NCBI GenBank assembly: GCA_030704615.1
Contig: CM060733.1
Coordinates: 60,450,001-60,514,000 of the forward strand
Origin: Takakia lepidozioides
Lineage: Eukaryota > Plantae > Bryophyta
Reading direction: 5' to 3'
DNA length: 64,000 bases
Shown one piece after another: positions 26,005 to 38,300 of the stretch. The position numbers and the translations under genes are program-made. Position 1 is the stretch's first letter, and every line of letters begins with the position of its first letter. The notes beneath the pieces were generated by a model. It did not search any database, was not told the origin of the DNA, and worked only from the letters and a program-made list of their open reading frames with translations.

Positions 26005-27607
26005 ACATTGCCATTAAGATGTCACTCTTTGTTTGTACGAATTGCGGTGCGTGCGGGCGTAGTCGTTGCCTAGCACATGTTTCGTGTCTTTTGTGTTTTC
26101 ATGACATTTTCATGATGTGGAGGGCAGGAGAGATCGGAGCCCTACAGCCACCATCGTGCATATGCTTCCACTATTTTTCGTCATTTTTTTTTTGCTGGCG
26201 GGCCGTTTTTGCGATTTCATTTTGTACATGTAATGCGTTTTGCCCACTTCGTTTGGCCTCTGTCCGGTCCATTGCAAAATGGCCAATGTCTTGTTAGGGT
26301 TTTGTTCCAATGGGCGGACCGATTACAAGCCTGCCTAAAGACGACCTTAGTTTACATTTGGGCTATGGTGTCGTTCAATTTTATAATTATTCATGTTGAG
26401 GTAGCCATCCGTCCTCAGATCACCCTCCTCAGTCGGAACGGTAACCATGGGCAAGATGCTAGCGAAAATCGCTCCGAAGCATATTTACATGAGGGCATGT
26501 AAAAACATTGCAAAATTCCATATCCAACCATGACTGTTATGTGTGTCTTGGCAGAGTTATCGTCAGTCTGTCCAATTGTGTCTGTTGGCTGTGTTAGCCT
26601 GAAGACTCTTGAACTATCTCACATCTGCAGTATGGTCTCCCCTATAAAAAAATCGGGTTCGACAGCCAATACTTGTCGGCCTGGATACCCATATGTCTGT
26701 TGCTTCGTTAGTCTTGCTTTGTTGGTGTGGTAATCGGAGCCCCTCTTGGGAGCTGTGTCCTCACATCGCCTGGAATATGTTCGCGAGTCTTTTGTGATGT
26801 TAGTCTGTCCGACAACGGTCTTGCGGCGTCTGTGTACGCTGGCTGTTGTGAGAAACTGTGAAACCATGTGCCCCGCGTCGAAAATTTTGCTGTACACCCT
26901 TCCGTCTGTCAGTCTGTTGCCTGCCAGTCTTTTCAACTAGTTTGTTGTCTCTGTCGCACCGTTAGTCTAGTCTCTGCCTGCAGCTTGTTACAGAGGGCGA
27001 CGGAACAATGACATGTTGACCTGCCAGTCTGTCAACCTGCCAGTTTATCTGTTTTTGTATAATCTGTTTCGTCGTCAGTCTGTTGCAGTCGGGTGGACCT
27101 GCTTAGTGGATTGTGTTGGTCTGCTCAAATTGGTCTACTGATTCTAGTCTACTGGACTCTGTCTGCTATTCACTCGGTCTCTGCTGTTGCACTGGGTAGA
27201 CCTAGTAAATGCAACGGGCGGCGGTGGCGGCGTCAATCATGGCCGCCACGTCGTGCCGTGGGTGTACTGCATTTCCCACTCTCCGGGTCAGCTTGAACTT
27301 CAACTTCGTCTTCCCGCCGGTGCTGTGGTCTGCTTTTGTCAACGTCTGTTTGCTTGCGCAGACTTCTTTTCGCGCGCGCAGTTTGGAGAGTCATCTTGAC
27401 CCCAACAGTCGCAAGACTGTTTTGCTTCTCGTAGCCCGTTGCGTTCCTCGTCTTCTGCTGTGTACTTGTCATTTTGGTTCTCGTTTTTCTGTCTGTTTTC
27501 GTATGTAGTGTTCGTTCTCACCGGTTCTCGCACTTTCTGTTTTCCTCCATTCTTTGCACTTCTCCTTTTTTGTTGGGCCCTCTGTCTTTCTCTGTTGTGT
27601 TGTGTAG

Positions 27608-28251
27608 GCGATAGAGGAAGCCCTGCGCGAAGGGCGGGCCCACAGATCGACTTTTGCACGTCACGCGTTTTGAAGAAGCTGCGAAAGATATTGGTTACTC
27701 CCAAAAGAGTACGATCGCAAAATAGTGGAAGCATGTATTGAATTCCGTGTAGCCAAGGAGGAGAACCCAGAATGGAAGAAGGATAGGCTCAGGTGTCCTT
27801 TCTGTGAGGAAGCCATAAATGACAAAATCCAGTTGAACCGCCATTGTGTGGACATAGGTGGCAAGGGCACCATTCCACCGAATTTCAAGTCGTGGCCCAT
27901 ACCGGTATCGCACAAAGCTAAAGATTAGGCTGTTTTCAATAGCCGCGGCGCAAACCCAATTCCGCCGAAGTACAGAGAAATTGCGCCACGTACTGGCGGT
28001 TGCCGGAAGGATGCACTAGGCAGTCTGGAGGAAGTGCCGTGCCCTCCCCGCAAGCGAAAACTCAGTGATGGGGCAAAAAAAAAAGCGGGAGCGAAAGCGG
28101 CAAGGTCTGCTCGCGATGCAAACATGTCAGTCCTACAGGGGCGTCCGTCCGGATCGCATCAGGCAAGCTCTGCTCCGGATGCAAGCATTGCGGGCCTACA
28201 TGGGAATCCGCCTGATGCGAGCCAGACCAAAAAGTCTCGGCAGACTATATC
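27608..28251 (+). pseudogene. 5' part of the MULE accessory gene (CxxC-x12-H zinc-finger-like motif, NLS-like PRKRK); the frame resumes at 34721-34875 and in the inverted segment below 38971
   Basis: A single frame runs from acceptor tgtag|27608 through ORFs 27725..27928 and 28034..28264 with two in-frame stops. It continues in frame across the removed LTR element and across the inversion junction (..*EDKLRY|DLKKTTHKLLVQPTWN). Confidence 0.65.
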
Positions 28252-31200
28252 TGTCAAGGACTAGAACATAACAGAACATAAACAAGAGATCAGACTAGAG
28301 GTACAAGACTAGATAAGAAGTCAAGGTCGGGTGGCCGAATGCATGGTAGGTGAACATGAATCAAGATGATGCTTTATAACAATGGACAAGAGTACAAAAT
28401 ACTTGAACTCGACTCGGATACTGGAATGCTGAAACTGAACTGGGACTGGGATCCCAGATACTGGAAATTGGACTGGATACCGGAAGCTGGACTGGAGTAC
28501 TGGACTTGGAACAAAAGTAGCTTGAACTTGTGTTGGCGAGACTGAAGAGTGTCCAGTCTCGCCTTCTATATATACTGGCTACTAAAAAAGCTTCCCAAGA
28601 AGCTTCCCCTGTGGAGGTTTCTTGCTGAGAAGTTTCCAAGATTAAACAAGGTTTCTTGATGGAGAAGCTTCCTTAAACAAAGGAGGTATCTTGATGGAGA
28701 AGTTTCCTTCCTCGAAAGAAGCTTCCTGAGTAGTTTCCCAAGTTACTTTTTGGTAATTTGGTAAATTCCCGGTAACTTGGGAAGTAATGGTAAATCACGG
28801 TAGATCATGATAAATCACGGTAAGTCATGGTAACTTGATAACTTCTGGTATTTACTCCTGGTAATTTCCTCTGGCCTATGTCCGTGACATTACCCCCTCT
28901 AATCCTCTAGCGCCGAGTTCCTCGAGGAGCGTTAAAATCTTAGACTTGCTTAGAGTTGGAGAAAATCCAAAATCCGACGAATGGTACTTGCCAAATATTC
29001 GGCTCTTCGTTCTTGACTCAAATGATTTATAGGTCCCTGTAACCATCGATAGTGTCCAACACCTTGAACTTGGGACCACACAGTAATTTGATCATTCTGA
29101 TTTTCGAAGCTGCCTTGACAATGATTTCGTTGCCCTCTGGGTCCGAAGCCTCAACCTCCAACAGAATTATCAGACTTCAAGTAGACTCCACTTGCCGTCG
29201 TACGGGGTCCAGATGAGAAAGTACGCGTCGCATTGGTGGCCCATCGTCTCGAGAGCGTCGGCGTGATGTTGAAGGTCGTGAAAGTTGGAATGGCTAATCT
29301 GGTAGTTGGGTAAGCGACAACTCCAATGTATCTGGTTCTTGTGACTCCATGCTGCCAATACAAGATACAAGAGTGCTGGAAGTGTAGCTATATATACTGA
29401 TGTGTGGTGCTCCTCCCTCCTTAGCGTGTACCAGGTACATTGAATGTGGAGTCTTCTCCTTGAAGCTAACTTGGCTAACATCATCGTTGTGACGTCTCAT
29501 TGACGTGTAGCTCGGGGCTTAGCTGGATATCGTTGATGAAACTCTTGGACTTTGTCAGAGGCATTGACGAGGTTGGATGAAGGTTCCCACGTTCGTTCGC
29601 TGATGTCGTAGCCTTTCTAATGTACGAAATACTCAAGACGTTTATACTTGATGCGAGAGTCTAGGACTTCGTCGACTTCATACTCAATTTCCAATTTCCA
29701 AGACCACCGATTCAATCCTTGTTATTGTAGATCGTTTTACGAAGATGACACATTTCATTCCATGTAATAAGAAGGTTACCGACGAGAAAACTGCAAGACT
29801 CTTCCTCAATAATATCTACCGCATTCATGGACTCCCGAATGACATCGTATCTGATCGAAGACCACAGTTCATATCAAATTTCTGGAGGGTTTTATTTCAC
29901 ATATTGGATACTAAGATCAACCTCTCTACAGCTAATCGTCCACAGACTGATGGTCAAACCGAACGTATAAACCAGATTTTGGAGTAGTATCTTCGTTGTA
30001 CGATAAATTATCACCAAGATAATTGGACGGACCTTCTGTCATTGGCTGAGTTTGCCTACAACAACACTATACATTCTTCGACCAAGCAACTCTCCATTTT
30101 TCTCTCCATTATGGTCAATCATCCTTGAGCAAACTCTTTCCACATAAAAACTGTTGGAAGCCCTGCTGCAGAAAACCTTGCTACTCATCTTGCTACGATT
30201 CACAAGGAGCTTACATCCCACCTCGCAGAAGTCAAAAACAATATAAGGAGTATGCAGATCAACGTCGCCAACTCCAACCCCAGTTCAAGGTCGAAGATCG
30301 TGTGTGGCTTCTTCGACGGGACATATAAACCTCGCAACCATCAAAGAAGTTGGATTATCAACGCCTGGGACCATTCAAAATTATTCGACAAATAAATCCG
30401 ATCAGTTTTCAGCTTGAACTCCCACGAAGTATGCGCATCTATCCAGTCTTTCATGTTTCACTATTGGAGTTGTATCATCTATCGAATATTCTAGGGAGAG
30501 TTTCCGTACCACTTCCACCAATCGAAGTCAATCATGTAATAAAGTCCATAGACACGGACGACCATGGACCTTTGGGAATGGGTAATGGTTGAAGAAGGCC
30601 CGTAGGTCGATGTCGTGTACCTTTCGCTCTAGCACACGTGTCACAAGATTCTATAAATTCTTTCACGAGTTTCTACATCTGTGGCCACCAATAGTCCCTG
30701 GATATCAACTCCAATGTTTTGTTGAAGCCGAAATGTCCTACAGCCGGAAAATCATGACATATTTGAAGAATTCGAAGTCGTGTAGGTCCTGGAGGTACAT
30801 AGAGAAGTCCCTTGAAGTAAAGTAAGTCATCTTTGAATTCGAAGTCGTTTGTAAGATGTGGGTTGTCTCGAGGTTGATTTAGTTGACTTCGTAGTGTCGT
30901 AGCAAAATGATCGCTCTTCAGTGCTTCCTGAATCTCCTTTATGATTTCTGCATCGTCATAGGTGGACATGGATAGCATATTCAATTGGAGATTTGCTGGT
31001 TTTAGGATGATGGATTTTGTTTGGTCAAAAGCTGCATCCCCTTCTTTTGGCACAAGATACGATCGTCGAGAGAGAGCATCTGGTTTTCTTTGAAGATGTC
31101 CGGGACGGTAGGTAATAACAAAATCAAACCTTGCAAACCTTGCTGACATACTCCATCTCACTTGACGTCGATTCAAAACACGAGCACTCATAAAATATTC

Positions 31201-34200
31201 GAGGTTTTTTTGTGATCGGTATAGACATGACCTGATGTTTAACTCCCTCCAATAGATGTCGTCACTCCTCAAAAGCATCGATAATCGCTAGAAGTTCTTT
31301 GTCATGGATTTCATAATTGATCTCCGCAACGGAAAATTTGCGAGAACGAAAACCAACAGGGTAGAGTCGGCCATCTGTACTATATTGAGAGAGTACCGCG
31401 CCAAGTGCAAAGTCTGATGCATCTGCTTCTAAGAAGAATGGTTTAGATGGGTCTGCATATACCAGTATGGGAGCCGTTGTAAATGCCTGCTTCAGCCTTT
31501 CAAATGTCTGGTCAACCTTCTCGTCCCATACAAATTTGTCATTCCATGTGAGTCATGTAAATGGTGCAGCAATTTTGGAGTAGTCATTGATGAAGATTTT
31601 ATAGAAACTTGCAAAGCCCAGAAAATATTGTACATCTCGGACCGAAGTTGGTTTAATCCACTCGATGATGGTTTGTATTTTCTTCTGATCCATAAAGACA
31701 CCTTTGTCGGAAATAATGTAGCCCAGAAATTCGACCTCAGATTGATGGAAAAGACATTTCTCCAACTTGGCATATAGTCTTTTTTCTCTTAATTTATCAA
31801 GGACAAGGCGTACATAGCGACCATATTCTTCTTTATTCTGTGAAAATATCAAAATATCGTCCAAATATATGACTACAAAGTCATCTAAAAATTCTCGAAA
31901 GATGTCATTCATCATATGTTGGAAAATTGCTGGAGCATTTGTAAGACCGAAAGGCATAACACTGTATTCAAAATATCCATACCTTGTTCGAAAAGTTGTT
32001 TTCTATTCGTCTCCTTCTTTTATCCGTACAAGGTTATAAGCTCCTCTCAAGTCGATTTTGGTGAAAATCTACGTTCGTCCCAGCTGGTCGAGAAGCCCAG
32101 AAATTAGCGGCAACGGATAACGATTCTTGATTGTGACTTTGCTGAGACCGCGATAGTCGACACACATGTGTAATGATCCGTCCTTCTTTTTCACAAATAA
32201 GATAGGCGCCCCCGCGGGTGATTTTGAATGTCGGATAAAGTGCTTCGACAAATTTTCATCAATGTATTCACATAATGCAGCCAACTCCGTCTGGGATAAG
32301 TAGATTGGGCCGAATGGTGGTTGGGCTCATTCTTGTAACTCAATTGCACAGTCATAAGGTCAATGTTCTGGCAATATGTCTGCATTTTTTTCTCTCGAAG
32401 ACATCTTTGAAATCTTGATATTGAGCGGGTAATGTTGAAGTACCTTTGTCTGTTGTGGTCTTAATCGGAGTCGCATAAAGTGCAAATGTCGCCTCCTTTT
32501 GGTAGCTCTCATGAAAACTTTAGCTCCAAGGAATAGGGGTTGAATACCTTCGATATTTCTACATTTTTGTCTTGCAGAAATTTTTCGCGAGCACTAATCG
32601 ATGTCGGGATTATGAAGTACGAACCAGTGAAGTCCAAGGATCACAGGAGTCGTTGGAGACTGGATGACATTGAAAACAATATGTGATGCTTGATCTTTAA
32701 GCTTCACTTCAAGTGGTCAAGTTTCATGGTCCACATTTCCTGATGCTAATGGTCGTCCATCGATGACTTCAACGGGGGCCGAGAGTTTCTTCTTTACGAG
32801 CGTTTAATTATTTTGCTTCGCAAAGTTTTTGTCCATAAACAAGCTGACTCCTGAGTCCAAAAGTGCTTCTACAGTGATATCTCGATTTTGCACTCTCTGA
32901 TTTTTACCGGAACTGTGAAGCAAGGTGCAGGGTCTGGAGGTAGAAATAGACCTTTTTTCGGTAAGGAATTTGTGGTGTCCAGCCGCATGGTCCCTACTGT
33001 GACTGAACATCTTCGTTTTCCGACCTCCTCGTATCGAACACTTGAGTTGTGCCCCGAGCTTTGAATCTTCTCTTGTTCGGGCAGTTTAATGCTATGTGAT
33101 CTTCTTCTTCTTCCCGCAATAGAGGCATAATCCATTCGAGCGTCGTCTTTGTTTTTCTTGTGGCGTCAATGGCTTGAATCAGACATCATCAATCTGCATA
33201 GGATCACTACTGGATGTCTGATGGATAGTTATGTTTGGTGTCGTAGTAGCAGTGGCATGATGCGTCGTAGACCATCCAGATCGTTTCTCTTCGTTTCTTT
33301 ACACTTTTCGAACAAACGATTATCGCATGCAATGACTTGGGTGATGAATTCACTCAGTGTGCTCACGTTTGGCATTGTCAGCAACAAATCTTTTACATCA
33401 TCTTTTAGTCCACATCGAAACTGACTAATGAGGCTCTTCTCATTCCAGTCAAGGTCGCACGCAAGTTTTCGAAATTCGGCAGCATAAACGGAAGCATGAC
33501 GTGCTCCTTGTCAAAGATTTCGCATCTTTGTTTCTGCAACTCTCTCTCTCTATCATTTTCTCCAAACGTTGCAGTGAACTCGGACATGAATGCTTCAAAA
33601 TTGTATAGTAAATGCGAATTTTTTTTCTAATAGCAGTGCAAACCAAGATAGGGCAGTGCCTGACAGAAGGTTGCCCACGAATCCCACTTGAATACCTTCA
33701 TCGGGATAGCGTTGTGGATGTAGTCGTAGGAACAGTCGTACTTGTTGAACAAAACCACGAAATCTTGATCTCGTCCCATCAAATTTCTCGGGCATGCTAA
33801 TCTTTGGTTCTCTCGTAATTTGTTGAAGAGGAACCGTTGCAGTAGGAGCTGTTGTAGTAGGGACTCGTATGGTTGAACATCCATTGTTCGACTCCTTTAA
33901 TTCTGAAATTTGTTGTTGCAAATTGTGGAGAGCGTTGCCAAGATCTTGAGACCGATCAGCTTACAATTGGGCGGTAGATGTACGAAGTTCTTGCATCTGG
34001 AGCTGAAGACTCTGCAATGTGGTGACCATTTCCGCCAATACGTCTTACATCTTAACTAACTAAAGAACAAACTTTAGTCTCGCCAAACTGTCAATGACGA
34101 GAACATGACAGAACACAAACAAGAGATCAGACTAGAGGTACAAGACTAGACAAGAAGTCAAGGTCGGCGTGGCCGAATGCATGGTAGGTGAACATGAATC

Positions 34201-34715
34201 AAGATGATTTTTATCACAATGGACAAGAGTACAAAATACTGGAACTCGACTTGGATACTGGAATGCTGGAAACTGGACTGGGATACCAGATACTGGAAAC
34301 TGGACTGGAGTACTGGACTTGGAACAAAAGTAGCTTGAACTTGTGTTGGCGAGACTGAAGAGTGTCCAGTCTCGCCTCCTATATATACTGGCTACTAAAA
34401 AGCTTCCCCAAGAAGCTTTCCCTATGGAGGTTTCTTGCTGGAGAAGTTTCCAAGATTAAACAAAGGTTTCTTGATGGAGAAGCTTCCTTAACAAAGAGGT
34501 ATCTTGATGGAGAAGTTTCCTCCAAATGAAGCTTCCTGAGTAGTTTCCAAGTTACTCTTGGTAATTTGGGAACTCCCGGTAACTTGATAAGTAATGGTAA
34601 ATCATGGTAGATCATGGTAAAATCCCGGTAAGTCATGGTAACTTTCGGTAACATGGTAACTTGATAACTTCTGGTATTTACTCCTGGTAAGTTCATCTGG
34701 GCTATGTCCATGACA
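28252..34715 (-). mobile_element. Ty3/gypsy chromovirus LTR retrotransposon A (Tcn1/Tf1-like), decayed
   Basis: LTRs 28252-28889 and 34089-34715 (TGTCA...TGACA). TSD ATATC/ATACC. PPT at 28890-28900. Gag (PEKFDGTR), protease (ALLDSG), RT (YLDD), RNase H, integrase and chromodomain (EYEVDEVLDSR..RTWEP) fragments carry stops and frameshifts. Confidence 0.95.
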
Positions 34716-34869
34716 ATACCCATCAGTTCCTCCAGTGAGTCTGAGTCTGCCGATGTTCTGCCCCCGCCGTCTGCCGAGCGTACCGACAACATCATCCGAA
34801 ATAATGACTTTCGAAGGGCAAGGTCCACTGTCCAATGCTGGATATTGCTTATCTGAGAGGACAAACTTA

Positions 34870-35399
34870 GATATGCTTAGCGGGACTTATGGGGGTGGGC
34901 ATAGGACTCCATGGGGGCGGAGACCTGTGGTGGGAGTCGTGGGAGTCTTGGGACTCATCACGGTCCATAGGGGCCGTGGTGAGTGGCCAAGACTCACCGC
35001 GACTCAAATCATCGAGAGTCGAGTGTTTTGTGGTGGTTCGCCATAAAATGGCAATGGCTGGTTGTGAAACCCCCCCGCGGACAGCTACAGAAGTATATAG
35101 GGGGGAGTATTAACCCCGAGAACGGTGCAAAGCCCGTTGGTGACCAAACTAGTGAGTAAGCGAGCGAGCCGGAAAGCGACCAAAGAGTGGGGAGCTGTTC
35201 CGGATTGTCAACTACCAAAGGGAATTCCCGCTGGTTCCAAATCGGTGGAGGTTTCTTGGTAGAACAAAGGGGGACCGTTATGCCCCGGTAGCAGCCGAAG
35301 CTCCAAGTTGGCCCGGCGGCCAGGTTGGGAGTCAGGCACGCGCATCAAAGCGTAACTATGACTTGAGGGGGAAGCTTTACTGAAGTGAGGTGCGCGACA
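34870..35399 (+). mobile_element. 3' part of a solo LTR (B2) split by an inversion
   Basis: Similar to the B1 LTR. Ends GCGCGACA followed by ACGTG. Joins the 5' part (39172-38972, minus) through a shared GATATG. Confidence 0.85.
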
Positions 35400-38300
35400 A
35401 CGTGCTTCCATTCCGTACTATAATCGTGTAGCCTCGGGACGAAATCGTAGTGCGGCTTTGGCGTGTTCTCGTACCTCATGCCAGCATTCCAAGGCGGACC
35501 AATTGTAGTGATTGGGGCGCACGGTTGGTTCAAGGTTATCTTCCTAGTCAGAAAGGGGTTCAAGGTGAAGCTTTGCTCAAGGTGATGCCAAATAAGTGGC
35601 ATCACGAGCGGTCGCCAGCAAATGTTGTTGCAGTAAGGTGATTCGATCCTTGGGGAGATTGTTCCTTGGCCTTGAAGTGGCCAAGAAGAGTGTACTGGGA
35701 GGAGCTTGAGAGGCTCCACCCTTTGGCCGAGATTGGAAAAGTCGCCGAACTAGCTAGTGGAGAGTAGAGTCATGTGTGGGGTTTGGTTCTTTGCCATGGG
35801 ACGCCATGGGTGCGGAAACAAACTCCTTGATGTGGGACGCCACAACTTGGATGTTCTTTTCTACAAAATGGACAAGTCGATGAGGACAAGTAGGGGTGTG
35901 TGTCGCGGCCCTTTGCCTTGAGGGCAGGGGGTCGGGATGCAGAGGGGCTGACCCTGTGGTGGGGGCGGTGGCAGCAATAGGTACGGGGGGCTGAAGCACC
36001 CTTGAGTGCCCAAGGCACTCAAGGAGGCGGAGGCGCTCACTAGGTGGAGCCCCGCACACCGGGTTTGCGGGGGGGGTGGCTCCACAGGGGTGGGTGGTAG
36101 CTTAATTGGACTTATGGGGTGGCATAGGACTCACCATGGGGCGGAACCTGGTGGTGGGAGTTCGTGGGAGTCTTGGGACTCGCCACGTTCCAATGAGGCT
36201 GTGGTGGGTGGCCCCATACTCACCCGACTCATCACCGGGAATCGAGGGTCTTCGTGGTGGTTCGCCATAAAATGGCATGGTTGTTTGTGAAACCCCACGG
36301 ACAGTCACAGAAGTAAATATAATAGGGAGTAGTAACCCCGAGAACGGTGCAAGTCCGTTGGTGACCAAAAACTAGTGAGTAAGCGAGCGAGCCGGAAAGC
36401 GGCCAATGAGTGGGGAGCTATTCCGGAAATGCCATCTACCAAAGGGAATTCCACTAGGGCCCAAATTGGGGAGGGTCTGTTAGTGAAAGAAAGGGGGACC
36501 GTTATATCCCGGTGAGCAGCCGAAGTTCCGAGTTGGCCCGGCGGCCAGGTTGGGAGTTAGGCGCGCGCATCAAAGCGAGTACTATGACTTGAAGGGGAGC
36601 TTACCGAAGTGAGGTGCGCGACAGCGAGTCTCCTGGTCACAAGCGTCTCGAGACTCCACAGTAGTCTGCTGATTTTCCCAAGCAGTGTGCTCCATGACAT
36701 GTCTTCTGCTCAATTTCCATGCCAGTCTGCTGAGACTCCAAACTAGTCTGCTAAGACTGCATACCAGTCCGCTGAAAATCCCCGGCAGTCTCCTGAGACC
36801 TCCCCATCCCCCCAGGTTGCCGGACCTGGCTAGCCTTACGACAGTCCCCTGGTTTTTCATGACCCTGCAACAGCCAGAACAACCTCTCTAGCAGCCCTGG
36901 CAAGGGAGTCGAAAGCACTCAGCATGCGATTTCCAGGTCCCGTTTCCGCCCTGCATGGAACACAAAAACGATATAAACAATGCGGTGGAGGATTGGCGGG
37001 GGGAATTATGTGAATTGAGACAGAGCCCCGCGCGAGTACCTTCCAACAGATTTTCCAATGAGTCCGATGTCATTAATTTGGCGGTCCAGCAGTGCGGAAT
37101 CAAGGTGGGCAAGCGCGGAACTGCGGTCGTGATGCGGCGAGCCAGACCACAATACTCTGACCACGTCTGGTTTGAGCACGAAAACAATGTCAAACACAGC
37201 ACGTTCCATTACATACACAGAACACAACATAGCCCCATCTACAACAGACTCTCGTGCTTGTGATCCGTCTGTAACAGACTCCCTGCCTGTGATCCATGGA
37301 GGGAAGTCTTGCCGAAGAGTGGGTAAGTCTTCGCAATTTCTTGTATGATGTGAAATTTCCAAATTGCATCCATCGATGCGCAGGAACGATGATGCCATCC
37401 GTCGAAGGGACCGCAGTCATTGCGGACAGTGCTTCTTGCGGACACCGAATGTTTGGTTGTGCCATAGCCATAGCCGCATCTCCTCCGGGCGAGGGTCATT
37501 CCATCCAAATGAGGAGCTGAACAAGGAGTGGTGGTTCATTTCCTTCACTCAAAGAAGAAACAACAACTTTTCCCTGCTTGCTCCAGAACATGGTTGGCTT
37601 CTTCCGTAGTATACTCCATTGAATAGAGAAAGGGACAAGGGCCACCTCCGCCCGTTACATGTGGTGTCAGGTCACTGTACCAGTCCACATGGGCACTTGT
37701 GTCACCAATCCTGAAGTGGGGAGTGTAGATCCTCTGCGTTTCTTCGGCGCCACTGGTAACGGCGATCTCCACACCCAAAACTGCCACACAGTGGAGGGGA
37801 ATGGGCATAGTCTTCACCAATGTCCAATTGGCCCAGTCTTAGGTATGAGGTCTGCTGAGGCGTGCTTCGGTCTGCCCAGGTGCGATGAGTTCTGCTCATG
37901 ATTGCTGGCATAGGCTTCACTGTGGTCTGTCGGGGTCTCTTGAGGTCTGTCGTGGTCTGCTGTGGTCTCCTGAGGAGTGATGAAGTCAGCGGTCTGCTGG
38001 AGGGACCTGCTGACTCCGTGTCCAGTTCATCTATAGCGCGCTGATATCCGGGGTATTTCATCAAATGTACTACGCGAACCCGTTGCACTTCAAGCCGCAC
38101 CTCACGCCATTGCAAAGGAGGTTCCTCGTGGCGTCCGCCAAGTTGATATTGCTTTGCGAATAGACTGAGCATGTGATGTGCAGCAAAAGACAATGAGCTT
38201 CATCGGACAGACCGGATCCATTCAACTGACTGAATTTAATGACACTCAGTAGACAATCAACAGACCATCAGCAGCCAACAATCCACATTCAGCAGACCAC

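Noticed and set aside
25670-26073. Overlapping ORFs in the GC-rich TIRs (also 52520-53090 and 16960-17390)
   Set aside because: High GC content makes these frames stop-poor, and they have no recognisable protein features.
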